In this document: positions 39,949 to 50,860 of the stretch, one piece after another
Position numbering within the stretch: the first letter of the stretch is position 1
Layout: every line of letters begins with the position of its first letter
DNA from: an uncultured Verrucomicrobiales bacterium
GTDB taxonomy: Bacteria; Verrucomicrobiota; Verrucomicrobiia; Verrucomicrobiales; DEV007
DNA length: 61,424 nt
Assembly (NCBI GenBank): GCA_938091905.1
Contig: CALKOM010000093.1
Location: 1 to 61,424, forward strand
Direction: 5' to 3'
Program-made: the position numbers and the translations under genes
The notes under the pieces: generated by a model
Database searches by the model: none
The model's input: the letters and a program-made list of their open reading frames with translations, nothing else
Told to the model about the DNA's origin: nothing

Positions 39949-41196
39949 ATGGATTTACTTAGATTTACAACTGCAGGCAGTGTCGATGATGGCAAGAGCA
40001 CTCTGATTGGCCGCTTACTTTACGACAGTAAGAATACGTTCGAGGATCAAATGGCTGCCGTGGAGGCATCCAGCAAAAAGCGTGGCGACGAGAATGTAAA
40101 CCTAGCATTACTCACAGATGGTCTCCGGGCTGAGCGCGAGCAGGGAATCACCATCGATGTGGCCTATCGTTACTTCGCAACACCACGACGTAAGTTCATT
40201 ATTGCCGATACTCCGGGACATATTCAGTATACCCGTAATATGGTCACGGGCGCATCAACTGCAAACTTGGCTATTATCCTGATCGATGCTCGCCACGGCG
40301 TGATCGAGCAAACGTGCCGACACTCGTTTATCGCAAGTCTGCTGCGTATTCAGCATGTGGTCATTGCCGTTAATAAGATGGATCTTGTCGATTACAGCGA
40401 GGAAGCCTACCTGAAAATCGTCGACCAGTTTAAACAGTTCTCCTCTCGATTGCGCAATATTGTCGATGTCAGCTTCATTCCCATTAGCGCCCTGAACGGT
40501 GACAATGTGGTAGACAAGTCTGACAAGATGCCCTGGTATCAGGGACCGTCACTTCTCTACCACTTGGAAACCGTTTATATCGGTTCCGATCGCAATCACG
40601 TCGACGCGCGCTTCCCGGTGCAATGGGTGATCCGTCCTCATTCCGATGAGTATCACGATTTCCGCGGCTATGCTGGCAGAGTGTCCAGCGGAGTCTTCAA
40701 ACCTGGAGACGACATCGTGGTACAACCCTCCGGATTTACGAGCAAGATCAAAGCAATCTATGCTGACGAGAAAGAAGTCGATGAAGCGTTCAGCCCAATG
40801 TCCGTTGCCATTCGGTTAGAAGATGAGATCGATATCAGCCGAGGAGATCTCATCGCCAAACCGAACAATCCACCCGAATCTACTCAGGACATCGAGGCGA
40901 TGATATGTTGGTTCTCGGCGGAGGCCCCTCTCGCTGTCCGTGGTAAATATGTTCTCCGCCACACCACGAACGAGGTCAAAGCAATGGTAAAAGAGGTGAA
41001 GTACAAGATGAACATCAACAACCTGCACAAGATCGAAGACGACCTGACTTTTCAGTTAAACGACATTGGTCGAATCAGCCTACGCACGTCAAAACCAATT
41101 GCGTCTGACCCCTATCAAAACAACCGAGCGACGGGCAGCTTTGTATTGATCGATGAACAAACGAATCAAACGGTCGCCGCCGGGATGATCCTTTAA
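39949..41196 (+). CDS. cysN: Sulfate adenylyltransferase subunit 1 (GTPase)
   Basis: TAGSVDDGKSTLIGRL, EREQGITIDVAY, DTPGH, NKMD. Confidence 0.98.
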   Translation: MDLLRFTTAGSVDDGKSTLIGRLLYDSKNTFEDQMAAVEASSKKRGDENVNLALLTDGLRAEREQGITIDVAYRYFATPRRKFIIADTPGHIQYTRNMVTGASTANLAIILIDARHGVIEQTCRHSFIASLLRIQHVVIAVNKMDLVDYSEEAYLKIVDQFKQFSSRLRNIVDVSFIPISALNGDNVVDKSDKMPWYQGPSLLYHLETVYIGSDRNHVDARFPVQWVIRPHSDEYHDFRGYAGRVSSGVFKPGDDIVVQPSGFTSKIKAIYADEKEVDEAFSPMSVAIRLEDEIDISRGDLIAKPNNPPESTQDIEAMICWFSAEAPLAVRGKYVLRHTTNEVKAMVKEVKYKMNINNLHKIEDDLTFQLNDIGRISLRTSKPIASDPYQNNRATGSFVLIDEQTNQTVAAGMIL

Positions 41197-41206
41197 GACA
41201 GCAGCC

Positions 41207-42508
41207 ATGCGGTTGGCCCTCATCTGTTGGCTCGCGATTCTTCGTTGCCTGAGCGCCGCCGAACTACCAGAGCGTGTCGACAACAGTCTCTCGCCCGCTT
41301 TCCCTCCTATCATTCGACAAACTCACGAATCCTGTGCTCAGGACGTGGGCTTGTCGACCATGATGACCTACGCGTGGAACCGCCATCACGGTTCTAGCGC
41401 AGCCGAACCTCACAATCAGTTCGCCGGGCTTTTCGTTTGGAACTTCCTCAATCGTGGAGGGAATCGCGGCGCAGAGCTTGTTGAGGGCTGGCACCTCGCA
41501 CGCGCCATCGGTATACCAAGGGTCACCGACTACACCACAACGCCTTCACTTGGCGAATGGCCCACTGGCTACGCACTCTACTATAGCGCCATGAAGCAAC
41601 GCGTTCGGTCTTACCGTTCGTTTCCCCTCAACAACGAAGCGCAACTGTTAATCATCAAAGAGAGACTTAGCCGAGGCGAACTCTTTGGCATCGAAGGCCG
41701 TCTCCGTGGCTTTGAACAGCTCTCCATTCCAAAAGGACAGCATGAGGAAGGGAAGCTTCTCGTCCTTCGATGGGGCAGGAACGGCAAAGGCCATGTGATG
41801 ACCTACGTCGGCTACGATAATCGCGTGGGCCATGACATGAATGGAGATGGCCGCCTCACCAACGATCTCGATCTCGATGGGGATGGCGACGTCACCTTGG
41901 CCGACTGGGAACGCGGCGCCTTCATTGCCGTGAATAGCTATGGCTCCGAATGGGGCGACGCAGGGAAATGCTACGTGCTCTTTCGCGAATCCGCTGTGAC
42001 ACCATTCCAACGCGGCCGCTGGGCAAGCACGTTGGCAGTCTTCCCGGATCACCAACCGCTACTAACACTGCGCCTCAAGCTACAATCCACCTGCCAATCA
42101 GCCATCCGGCTCCGTATCGAAGCCACCCCAAGGAAGACCTATTCGCCAATTCTGTTCGACTCAGTAGCACGCAGCGGCCCAGCTCCCCAGGAGGGCCCAG
42201 ACCAATACAATCGGTTCCTGACCGGCGAACGCCGCCTATCCTTGGGACCGGCACGCCAATCCGGGCAAGGTCAAGTGCTTCCGGTCGAATTGGGCCTCGA
42301 TCTCACTGGGCAGCTTCCTCTCAAGACAGCCAACTACCGCCTCCTCTTTCACCTGGATAGGGCGCAGCATCCTGCAGCCGCAGGGACGGTACTCGAGGCT
42401 TCCCTCCTCCGCTACAGGTCAAACGGTGCACTAATCTCCGAGACCGTCTTCGCAGACCTCCCTCAGGCCATGCGGTCAACCGAGCAAGGGTGCCTTTTAC
42501 AACGCTAA
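41207..42508 (+). CDS. Secreted C1 (papain-like) cysteine peptidase with EF-hand-like loops
   Basis: RQTHESCAQ (Gln/Cys), GHVMTYVGY (His), VNSYGSEWG (Asn); DMNGDG and DLDGDG loops. Confidence 0.8.
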   Translation: MRLALICWLAILRCLSAAELPERVDNSLSPAFPPIIRQTHESCAQDVGLSTMMTYAWNRHHGSSAAEPHNQFAGLFVWNFLNRGGNRGAELVEGWHLARAIGIPRVTDYTTTPSLGEWPTGYALYYSAMKQRVRSYRSFPLNNEAQLLIIKERLSRGELFGIEGRLRGFEQLSIPKGQHEEGKLLVLRWGRNGKGHVMTYVGYDNRVGHDMNGDGRLTNDLDLDGDGDVTLADWERGAFIAVNSYGSEWGDAGKCYVLFRESAVTPFQRGRWASTLAVFPDHQPLLTLRLKLQSTCQSAIRLRIEATPRKTYSPILFDSVARSGPAPQEGPDQYNRFLTGERRLSLGPARQSGQGQVLPVELGLDLTGQLPLKTANYRLLFHLDRAQHPAAAGTVLEASLLRYRSNGALISETVFADLPQAMRSTEQGCLLQR

Positions 42509-42644
42509 CGAAGCCAGGCCACTACAGGGCCCCAAGAGGCGGAACAGCTCTACTATTCCCCCCTTGCTCTGCCTCGCATTCGTGTATAACCTCGCTCCCT
42601 GATAACTCTTGACTTCTACGCCAGCAGCGTAGTTTGGCCTTTCG

Positions 42645-42681
42645 GAAGAGAGTGGGGATACCCCCGCTCTTTTCTAGTTTT
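42645..42681 (+). promoter_or_regulatory. nusA-infB operon leader hairpin (rimP-leader-like attenuator)
   Basis: GAAGAGAGTGGGG-ATAC-CCCCGCTCTTTTC plus U-rich tail, just upstream of nusA. Confidence 0.7.
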
Positions 42682-42699
42682 TAGATACAGCAAATAGAC

Positions 42700-43962
42700 A
42701 TGACGAGCGAACTCCTAGCACTCTTTGAGTATTATGAGAAAGAAAAGGGCATTGACCGCGAAACGATGGTCGAAGCCGTCGAATCTGCATTGCTGTCTGC
42801 CTCTCGCAAAAGCGTGATTGGTAGGGCACGCGAGCTTGAAGTAAAGATCGATCCCAAGAAGGGTTCGATCAAGGCTTTCGCACATCTCATCGCTGTGGAT
42901 GACGTTGAGCACCCCTATGACGAGATCGACATGGGAACAGCGCTTAAGATCAAGCCAGATGCCGTGTTGGGTGATGAGATCGAAGTGGAAGTCACGCCAA
43001 AAGATTTCGGACGTATTGCCGCTCAGACGGCCAAGCAAGCAATCATGCAGCGTCTCCGCCAAGCAGAGAAGGCGATGATCTATGACGAGTTTAAGGACCG
43101 TGCTGGCGAGGTTGTCAGTGGCACCGTTCGTCGTTTTGAGAAGTCGGATGTCATGATCGACCTTGGTAAATTTGAAGGTATCATGCCCTCTCGTGAGCGC
43201 GTTAGTACTGAAGAGTATAACGTAGGTGACCGGCTTCGTGTCTACGTCGTGGCTGTCGAGAACGGACCGCGTGGACCTGAGATCATTCTTTCCCGGAGTC
43301 ATCCTAACTTTGTCCGTCGCTTGTTTGAAGGCGAGGTCAGCGAAATTGCCGATCACACCGTGGAACTCCGCTCCATCGCTCGTGAAGCTGGGTATCGCAC
43401 AAAGATCGCGGTCCACAGTGATGACGATAAAGTCGATCCCGTGGGGGCGTGTGTCGGTTTGCGCGGCGCTCGTGTGAAGAACATCGTTCGCGAGCTGAAC
43501 AATGAGAAAGTGGACATCATCCGCTGGAGTTCAGACATCCGCGAATTCGTCACCGACGCGCTGAAGCCCGCCCAGATCCGTTCCATTCAGATCAACGAAG
43601 ACGATCACCGCATCAGCATTACAGTTGATGAAGAAGAACTTTCCAAGGCCATCGGACGACGTGGCCAGAATGCTCGCCTCACCTCCAAGTTGGTGGGTTG
43701 GGATGTCCAAGTGGATAAAGATGAATCGGCACACGAAGCCTTCGAGGCCCGTGTGACCGAAGCGGCTGACGCGCTTGTCTCCGCACTCGAGATCACTCCA
43801 GAAATGGCCAACGTGTTTGTCACAAACGGCATCGTAAATCTCGAGACCATTGCCACTGAAGTCGACCCCGAGGATATCTCTGATATCCTCGAAGTCAGCG
43901 CCGAAGAAGCGGCCGCGATCCACAAGCGCGCCAAAGACCAATTTGAAGCCTCCACTGCTTAG
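42700..43962 (+). CDS. nusA: Transcription termination/antitermination factor NusA
   Basis: FGRIAAQTAKQ, S1 domain, AREAGYRTK, DPVGACVG, AIGRRGQNARL. Confidence 0.98.
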   Translation: MTSELLALFEYYEKEKGIDRETMVEAVESALLSASRKSVIGRARELEVKIDPKKGSIKAFAHLIAVDDVEHPYDEIDMGTALKIKPDAVLGDEIEVEVTPKDFGRIAAQTAKQAIMQRLRQAEKAMIYDEFKDRAGEVVSGTVRRFEKSDVMIDLGKFEGIMPSRERVSTEEYNVGDRLRVYVVAVENGPRGPEIILSRSHPNFVRRLFEGEVSEIADHTVELRSIAREAGYRTKIAVHSDDDKVDPVGACVGLRGARVKNIVRELNNEKVDIIRWSSDIREFVTDALKPAQIRSIQINEDDHRISITVDEEELSKAIGRRGQNARLTSKLVGWDVQVDKDESAHEAFEARVTEAADALVSALEITPEMANVFVTNGIVNLETIATEVDPEDISDILEVSAEEAAAIHKRAKDQFEASTA

Positions 43963-43998
43963 TGCAATGAAGGCCTCCTCCCAACAACGACCATTCGA

Positions 43999-46248
43999 AT
44001 GGCAGCGAAGAAACGAACCAAACGCGAAGATCAAGAGCAGCCGGCTTCCAAAGAAGCCAAGCCAGAGGCAGCTGCTCCTGAAGAGAAAGAAGAGGTGCTC
44101 GATTTAATCGATCCACCCAAGAAGAAGCGCGTTCGGAAGAAAGCCGCCAAGAAGAAGACAACTACCGCTGCGGCAAAGAAAGCTGGCGCGAAAGAAGAGG
44201 AATCCGAAGAAGAGAAGGAGTCTCTCGCCGACCGCAAGGCAGCCGCTCTCAACCTGTTCGAGGAAGTTGAGACCAAGGCAGAGGCCAAGAAGAAGGCTCC
44301 CGCCAAAAAGAAGCGGGCTGCAGCCAAGAAATCGTCTTCAATTCTACCTCCGATTTCTGCAATCAAGGCAGAGAAGGCAATGTCTCTAGTCAAGGCCAAG
44401 GAGCCAGAACCAGCACCCGCTGATGATATCGATATCGATGATGAAGAAGGTGAGGGAGGTGATGAGAAGATCATCAACATCAAGCCCCCGATCATCGTCA
44501 AGGAATTGGCCGACAAGATGGGCTTGAAGCCGTTTAAGCTGATCGCTGAGCTCATGAAGCTCGAAGTATTTGTTAGCGCTAACAAATCAATTGAACCAGA
44601 CGTCGCAGCCAAGGTGTGCGAAGTTTACGGATTCTCCTTCGAGAAAGAGAAACGCGAAAAGGGCGGAGGCGTTCACAAGGTCGAAGAAGTCGTCGAAGAA
44701 CCCGAAGCTCCTAAAGAAGAAGAGCAGCCTGAGGAAGAGCTTAAGCTTCGCGCTCCGATCATCACCTTCATGGGGCACGTGGACCATGGTAAAACTTCTT
44801 TGTTAGACCGTATTCGCGATGCCCGTGTTACCAGCGGTGAAGCCGGTGGTATCACTCAGCATATCGGTGCTTACAGCGTCAAGGTAGGGGAAGGCCATAT
44901 CACCTTCCTAGACACCCCAGGTCACGCCGCCTTCACCCAGATGCGCGCCCGCGGTGCCATGGTCACGGACATTGTCGTCCTTGTTGTCGCTGCGGACGAT
45001 GGCTTCATGCCTCAGACCATCGAGGCCATGAATCACGCCAAAGCGGCGGGTGTCACCATCATGGTGGCTGTCAACAAATGTGACCTGCCTGCAGCGGACC
45101 CCAACAAGGTGCGCGTTCAGATGCAGGAGAATGATCTTGCTCCCGAAGATTGGGGTGGAGATACGATCGCCTTAGACGTTTCTGCGGCCACTGGCGAGGG
45201 CATTGATAAACTGTTAGATATGATGGCACTCCAAGCTGAGGTGCTCGAGCTGCGCTCCAATCCAGAAGTGCCTGCTCGTGCCACCATCATCGAGTCTAGC
45301 ATGCAGCCCGGCAAAGGCCCAACCGCTTCTGTTGTTGTGCAAATGGGTACGATCAAGGTAGGCACTCCGTTTATCTGCGGTCCGTATTACGGCAAAGTGA
45401 AGAGCTTGCTCAACGATCAAAGCGAAGCGATCAAGGAAGCCGGCCCAGCACTGCCCGTAGAACTGTTAGGCTTCAGTGGGCTTCCAAATGTCGGCGATGA
45501 ACTCGTCGAAATGGAGTCTGAGCGCGCGGCGAAGAAGCTCAGCGATGAGCGCCAGCACGAGATGCGTCAAGAAAAGCTCATCACGCGTAAAAAGTCGACC
45601 CTCGAGACACTGCTGACCAATCTTGCTGAAGGTGAGAAGAAGGTCTTCAAGGCTGTCCTCAAAACAGATGTCCAAGGATCTTCCCAGGCCATCCAAGGAG
45701 CTCTCGCTGAAATCGAGAGCGATAAGATCAGCTTAGATATTATCCACAGTGCAGCGGGTGCCATTTCAGAATCTGACATCCTCCTAGCAAGCGCATCTAA
45801 CGCCGTTGTGCTAGGCTTCAATGTCAAAGTCGAAGGCAAAGCGGTGAAAGTCGCCAAGCGTGAAGGTGTTCAGGTGAAACTCTACAGTATCATCTATGAA
45901 CTTATTGATCAGGTGAAGGAAGGCATGCTAGGCATGCTTGATCCTGAGCATCGCGAGAACACTTTGGGCCATGCTAAAGTGCTCGAGGTCTTCAAACTCT
46001 CTCGTGGTATCGTAGCTGGTTGCGTCGTCACGAATGGGCGCCTCCAGCGCAATGCTCGCGCCCGCGTCATCCGTGATGATCAGCCTGTGTTTGATGGCGG
46101 TTTCGCAACCCTCCGCCGATTCAAGGAAGACGTGAAGGAAGTTCGCAATGGGCTCGAATGCGGTGTCCGCCTCGGAGACTTCGTCGAGTATCAAAAGGAC
46201 GATGTTATCGAGTGCTACGAACTCGAGAGACTCGAACAAACGCTCTAA
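43999..46248 (+). CDS. infB: Translation initiation factor IF-2
   Basis: [44 protein letters not shown]. Confidence 0.98.
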   Translation: MAAKKRTKREDQEQPASKEAKPEAAAPEEKEEVLDLIDPPKKKRVRKKAAKKKTTTAAAKKAGAKEEESEEEKESLADRKAAALNLFEEVETKAEAKKKAPAKKKRAAAKKSSSILPPISAIKAEKAMSLVKAKEPEPAPADDIDIDDEEGEGGDEKIINIKPPIIVKELADKMGLKPFKLIAELMKLEVFVSANKSIEPDVAAKVCEVYGFSFEKEKREKGGGVHKVEEVVEEPEAPKEEEQPEEELKLRAPIITFMGHVDHGKTSLLDRIRDARVTSGEAGGITQHIGAYSVKVGEGHITFLDTPGHAAFTQMRARGAMVTDIVVLVVAADDGFMPQTIEAMNHAKAAGVTIMVAVNKCDLPAADPNKVRVQMQENDLAPEDWGGDTIALDVSAATGEGIDKLLDMMALQAEVLELRSNPEVPARATIIESSMQPGKGPTASVVVQMGTIKVGTPFICGPYYGKVKSLLNDQSEAIKEAGPALPVELLGFSGLPNVGDELVEMESERAAKKLSDERQHEMRQEKLITRKKSTLETLLTNLAEGEKKVFKAVLKTDVQGSSQAIQGALAEIESDKISLDIIHSAAGAISESDILLASASNAVVLGFNVKVEGKAVKVAKREGVQVKLYSIIYELIDQVKEGMLGMLDPEHRENTLGHAKVLEVFKLSRGIVAGCVVTNGRLQRNARARVIRDDQPVFDGGFATLRRFKEDVKEVRNGLECGVRLGDFVEYQKDDVIECYELERLEQTL

Positions 46249-46320
46249 CACCTAGACGCAACGTTTCACTCTCGTTCCCTGGACGCCTTCCAGGCTGCAA
46301 TTTAGTCTCCAGCTATCGCC

Positions 46321-46692
46321 ATGAGCCAACGTCTAAAACGTGTGAACGAACTCCTAAAACAAGAGATCAGTCTGATCTTTCAGAAGGATTTCGACTTCAC
46401 CAACGCCCTAGTCACCGTCAATGCCGTTGAAATCACCACGGATCTCAAGCAGGCCATGGTCTACGTAGGCATCCTCGGCGCAGATAAAGATCAAGAACGT
46501 TCGCTTGAACAAATGACCAAACGACGCGGATTCATTCAAGGGCGCATTGCTAAACGCATCACCCTACGCGAAACTCCTCAACTCATGTTCCGCGTAGACG
46601 ATTCAGTCGCACGTGGCACTTCAGTGATTTCCATGATGGAAGACATTGAGATCCCCGATGAACTGCCTCCAGAAACCGGCACGTTCAAATAG
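46321..46692 (+). CDS. rbfA: Ribosome-binding factor A
   Basis: RLKRVNELLKQEIS, DLKQAMVYV, LRETPQLMF..DDS; position after infB. Confidence 0.95.
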   Translation: MSQRLKRVNELLKQEISLIFQKDFDFTNALVTVNAVEITTDLKQAMVYVGILGADKDQERSLEQMTKRRGFIQGRIAKRITLRETPQLMFRVDDSVARGTSVISMMEDIEIPDELPPETGTFK

Positions 46693-46707
46693 CCAGAGAC
46701 CACGACG

Positions 46708-47694
46708 ATGGAGAACGCTTCCTTTGCCACTATTCGCGAACAAATCGATGCGCATGATCGCTTCGTCTTGCTCAGCCATGTCCGACCAGATGGCGACGCC
46801 ATAGGTTCTCAGTTAGGCTTGGCACATGGCCTCTTGGAAATGGGGAAAGAGGTCACCTTGCTAACAGAAGACGGTGTGCCGAGCAGCCTCGCCTTTCTGC
46901 CAGGCACGGATCTTATCAACACCCCGGACGGCTACACTGAGGTTGATGCTGAAGTCGTCTTCGCTCTCGATACGGCGACAAAGCCACGCCTTGGGGAAAA
47001 AGTGAATGCTGTCGTTGCTGGTATTTCGAAGTGGATCAACATCGATCACCACATCACGAACCCTCGCTACGCGGATCTCAATCATATCGACTCAGACTCT
47101 CCTGCCACGGGCCAAATCCTCTATGACTTTATGGAGACGACTGGGATTCCCATTAATCAGGCATCTGCGGACAATCTCTACGCCGCTATTTCTACGGACA
47201 CCGGATCATTTCAGTTTCCCAGCACCACTGCCAAGACCTATCGCATCGGCGCTAGTCTCGTCGAGAAAGGCGTTCGTCTCGGAGAGATCAATCAACTTCT
47301 CTACGAAAACTTCCCTTACCGGAGAATAGAACTGCTTCGCGAACTGCTCAATTCACTCAAAGTAACCGCCAAGGGTCAAGTCGCGAGCTGGCGTCTCACT
47401 CAAGAGACAGTGCAACGGTTAGGGCTCGAGCTTGATGACAGTGAAGGCCTCATTGATCACCTCCGCTCCATCCAAGGCGTCCATGTCGCAGTCTTCTTCG
47501 AGGAACTCGATACCGGCAAGATCCGTGTCAGTTCTCGGTCAAAAGACGACCGTGTTAGTGTCGGCGAAATCTGTGGAACATTTGGTGGCGGCGGCCACAC
47601 ACTCGCAGCTGGTGCTCGCATGGCGGGCCCGATCGAAGACGCAGAATCTAAATTTCTCACCCAAGTATATCATGCACTCGAAGGAATCGGTTGA
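46708..47694 (+). CDS. nrnA: DHH family oligoribonuclease/pAp phosphatase
   Basis: HVRPDGDAIGS, IDHH, DTGSF, GGGGH. Confidence 0.92.
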   Translation: MENASFATIREQIDAHDRFVLLSHVRPDGDAIGSQLGLAHGLLEMGKEVTLLTEDGVPSSLAFLPGTDLINTPDGYTEVDAEVVFALDTATKPRLGEKVNAVVAGISKWINIDHHITNPRYADLNHIDSDSPATGQILYDFMETTGIPINQASADNLYAAISTDTGSFQFPSTTAKTYRIGASLVEKGVRLGEINQLLYENFPYRRIELLRELLNSLKVTAKGQVASWRLTQETVQRLGLELDDSEGLIDHLRSIQGVHVAVFFEELDTGKIRVSSRSKDDRVSVGEICGTFGGGGHTLAAGARMAGPIEDAESKFLTQVYHALEGIG

Positions 47695-48394
47695 CGGCGT
47701 CTTGTTAGTAGACAAAGAACCAGGCATGACCTCGCATGACGTGGTCGGCCTTGCACGGAAGCGTCTTGGCATAAAGAAGATTGGTCACTGTGGGACGCTA
47801 GATCCCATGGCGACTGGGTTGCTTATCCTCGTCGTCGGTCGCGCTACCAAGATCCAAGATCTCTTGATGAGTGAGGACAAAGAGTACGAAGGCACGGTTA
47901 CCCTCGGCGCGACCACCGACACTCAAGACAAAGAGGGCAATATCCTAGAAGAAAAACCCGTACCTGAGCTCACCGAGGCCCAGGTTCGCACGCCTTTCGA
48001 AGCCATGCAGGGCGATTTCTATCAAACACCACCCATGGTTTCCGCCATCAAGAAGGACGGTGTCCCCCTTTACAAGCTTGCCCGCCAAGGCAAGACCGTC
48101 GAACGCGAGCCGCGTCTTGTGCACGTCTTTGGCTACAACCTTCTTCGGCTAGAGCTACCCGAGATCGATTTCCGAGTTACCTGCAGCAAAGGTTTCTATG
48201 TCCGCACCTATGCTGATGAGGTTGGCAAAGAACTCGAATGCGGTGCTCACCTCTCGGCTCTTCGTCGCACTCGTTCCGGCAACTTTGATCTCGAGCGTTC
48301 TGTCACGGTAGAAGCCATGCGCGAACTCGGCCCTGTCGAGCTCGGTGCAAAGCTCATCAGCCTCCCGGAAGTCTCGCGCCTACGCGGCGCCTAG
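47672..48394 (+). CDS. truB: tRNA pseudouridine(55) synthase
   Basis: DKEPGMTSHDVV, GHCGTLDPMATG, CSKGFYVR; true start 47672. Confidence 0.97.
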   Translation: MHSKESVDGVLLVDKEPGMTSHDVVGLARKRLGIKKIGHCGTLDPMATGLLILVVGRATKIQDLLMSEDKEYEGTVTLGATTDTQDKEGNILEEKPVPELTEAQVRTPFEAMQGDFYQTPPMVSAIKKDGVPLYKLARQGKTVEREPRLVHVFGYNLLRLELPEIDFRVTCSKGFYVRTYADEVGKELECGAHLSALRRTRSGNFDLERSVTVEAMRELGPVELGAKLISLPEVSRLRGA

Positions 48395-48398
48395 GTTC

Positions 48399-49319
48399 AT
48401 GGCCATTCTCTCGACCATCGATGCTCTGGGTAGCCTCGACGGTCCAGTGCACCTCGCCATCGGCGTCTTTGATGGAGTCCATCGCGGCCACCAAGCCGTG
48501 CTGCAAAGCGCGTGTACATCGGCAAAAGCTATCGGAGGGCACTCCGTGGTCGCAACGTTCCACCCGCATCCAGCTGAAGTCCTTGCACCGGACAAAGCCC
48601 CCAAACGCCTCACACCGCTCTCTCATCAAACCGCACTATTCAGGAAACTCGGTATTGAGACAACGCTAGCCATCCCATTTGATCACGCCATCGCCGACCT
48701 CACTGCTGACGCCTTCATTGAGAAACTAAAGGCCACTTGCCAACTAGCAAGCATCCATGTCGGCACCGATTGGGCGTTTGGCAAGGGACGCCTCGGAAAT
48801 CTAACACTCCTGCAAACACTAGGCTCAATTCACGGATTTGAGGTTCATGGAATCGCCCCTGTGTTAGAGCACGATATCAGAATCAGCAGCACCACCATCC
48901 GTCAAGCGATCAGCCAGGGCGACCTGGCTAACGCCAAACGGCTTCTTGGCCGCCCATACAGTCTCTATGGCGAAGTCGTCCATGGGGACCACCTTGGTAG
49001 GCAGCTTGGGTTCCCTACCGCGAATCTCGACATCGCCACGCAGGCCTTACCACCCTACGGCGTCTACATTGTTCACCTCATCTCCCACCAGAATCGCCCC
49101 GGCATTGCCAACCTCGGCGTTCGTCCAACGGTTGATGGCAAACAAGCCCTCCGTTTCGAGGTACATCTGCTCGATTGGGAAGGAGATCTCTACGGGCAAA
49201 TAGCCGAGGCCACGTTGCTACACCCGCTCCGGCCAGAGAAACGCTTCGCCGGCCTTCCCGAGCTGCGTGATCAGATCGATCACGACCTTACGCAGGCCCG
49301 AGAGTGGCTTTCGGCTTAG
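48399..49319 (+). CDS. ribF: Riboflavin kinase/FAD synthetase
   Basis: IGVFDGVHRGHQ, ISSTTIR, GRQLGFPTAN, GVRPT. Confidence 0.96.
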   Translation: MAILSTIDALGSLDGPVHLAIGVFDGVHRGHQAVLQSACTSAKAIGGHSVVATFHPHPAEVLAPDKAPKRLTPLSHQTALFRKLGIETTLAIPFDHAIADLTADAFIEKLKATCQLASIHVGTDWAFGKGRLGNLTLLQTLGSIHGFEVHGIAPVLEHDIRISSTTIRQAISQGDLANAKRLLGRPYSLYGEVVHGDHLGRQLGFPTANLDIATQALPPYGVYIVHLISHQNRPGIANLGVRPTVDGKQALRFEVHLLDWEGDLYGQIAEATLLHPLRPEKRFAGLPELRDQIDHDLTQAREWLSA

Positions 49320-49434
49320 GGCAAGGCGGCGCGATCTATTCATCTGCGGATCGTGAGACGAATAGAATCGAAAGATTTCCAGAAATCTTGATTCCCTCTT
49401 GGTAATCATTTCGACCATGCTACTTACTCTCGTT

Positions 49435-50796
49435 ATGAAGATTTGCTGTATCGGGGCTGGGTATGTGGGCGGACCCACCATGGCGATGATCGCCCATCAG
49501 TGTCACGACATCGATGTCACTGTCGTGGACGTGAATGAGGACAGAATTGCCGCTTGGAATTCAGAAACGCTGCCTATTCACGAGCCAGGCCTCGATGAAA
49601 TCGTCAAAGGACGCCGTGGCCAAAACCTCTTCTTCGATACCGATGTCGACGAGGCTATCCGGGAAGGCGACATCATCTTCATCTGTGTCGGCACCCCCAC
49701 CAAGACGTTCGGTGTCGGCAAAGGACGTGCCGCTGATCTCCGCTATATCGAAATCTGCGCCCGCCGCATCGCCTCCATCGCTTCCACAGACAAGATCATC
49801 GTCGAGAAATCCACCATCCCCGTACGCACAGCCAACTCGATCAAACGCATTCTCAAAGCCGGAAATCCAACGGCCCGCTTCGACGTACTTTCCAATCCGG
49901 AATTCCTTGCAGAAGGTACCGCCATTGAGGATCTAACAGAACCAGACCGCGTGCTCATCGGCGGCGAGTGTGACGATGCCGTCGAGAAACTTGCCAACAT
50001 CTACGGACGATGGATCCCCCGCGACCGAGTGCTCACGACCAACCTCTGGTCCTCCGAACTTTCCAAGCTCACCGCCAACGCCTTCCTCGCTCAGCGGATC
50101 TCCTCTATTAATGCCATCTCTGCACTCTGTGAGGCTACCGATGCCGAGGTCAATGAGGTCGCTCACGCCATTGGCACAGACAGTCGCATTGGCCCCAAGT
50201 TTCTCAAAGCCTCCGTTGGGTTTGGTGGTTCTTGTTTCCAGAAAGACATTCTCAACCTCGTCTATCTCTGCGAGCATTATGGCCTGCAAGAGGCGGCTGA
50301 TTATTGGGAGCAAGTCGTCAAGATGAATGACTATCAGAAACGGCGTTTCTCTGAGCGTATCGTTGGCACCATGTTCAATACTGTCTCTTCGAAAACTATC
50401 GCCATCTGGGGATTTGCTTTCAAAAAAGATACCGACGATACGCGAGAGTCTGCCGCCATCACCGTTTGTCGCAATCTTATTGGTGAACAGGCTCAACTGA
50501 ACATCTTTGACCCAAAAGTCTCAAAGGAACGCATCTTCGAGGACCTCGGAGACATCGCCAACGATGACAATGTTCGCATCTACCAGTCGGCGGAAAAAGC
50601 GGCCACTGGCGCCCACGCCATCGCTATTTTGACAGAGTGGGACACCTTCGCCGAACAGGACTTCGAAAAAATCCACGAAAGCATGCCAAAGCCAGCCTTT
50701 CTCTTCGACGGCCGCAATATCACCGACCTCAAGAAACTACGCGAGATCGGCTTCGAAGCCCATGGTGTCGGCCAAGGCAGCCCTCCATCAGTTTAG
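49435..50796 (+). CDS. ugd: UDP-glucose 6-dehydrogenase
   Basis: [43 protein letters not shown]. Confidence 0.96.
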   Translation: MKICCIGAGYVGGPTMAMIAHQCHDIDVTVVDVNEDRIAAWNSETLPIHEPGLDEIVKGRRGQNLFFDTDVDEAIREGDIIFICVGTPTKTFGVGKGRAADLRYIEICARRIASIASTDKIIVEKSTIPVRTANSIKRILKAGNPTARFDVLSNPEFLAEGTAIEDLTEPDRVLIGGECDDAVEKLANIYGRWIPRDRVLTTNLWSSELSKLTANAFLAQRISSINAISALCEATDAEVNEVAHAIGTDSRIGPKFLKASVGFGGSCFQKDILNLVYLCEHYGLQEAADYWEQVVKMNDYQKRRFSERIVGTMFNTVSSKTIAIWGFAFKKDTDDTRESAAITVCRNLIGEQAQLNIFDPKVSKERIFEDLGDIANDDNVRIYQSAEKAATGAHAIAILTEWDTFAEQDFEKIHESMPKPAFLFDGRNITDLKKLREIGFEAHGVGQGSPPSV

Positions 50797-50860
50797 GAAA
50801 TCTCCAGGGTAGACAGCCTCATTGCGCATTGGCAGTATCAGACACAGCAAAATGCACACG

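Noticed and set aside
42715..46251. Long antisense ORFs over nusA and infB, and similar shadow ORFs across the window
   Set aside because: They lie opposite or out of frame to well-conserved genes and show no recognisable motifs
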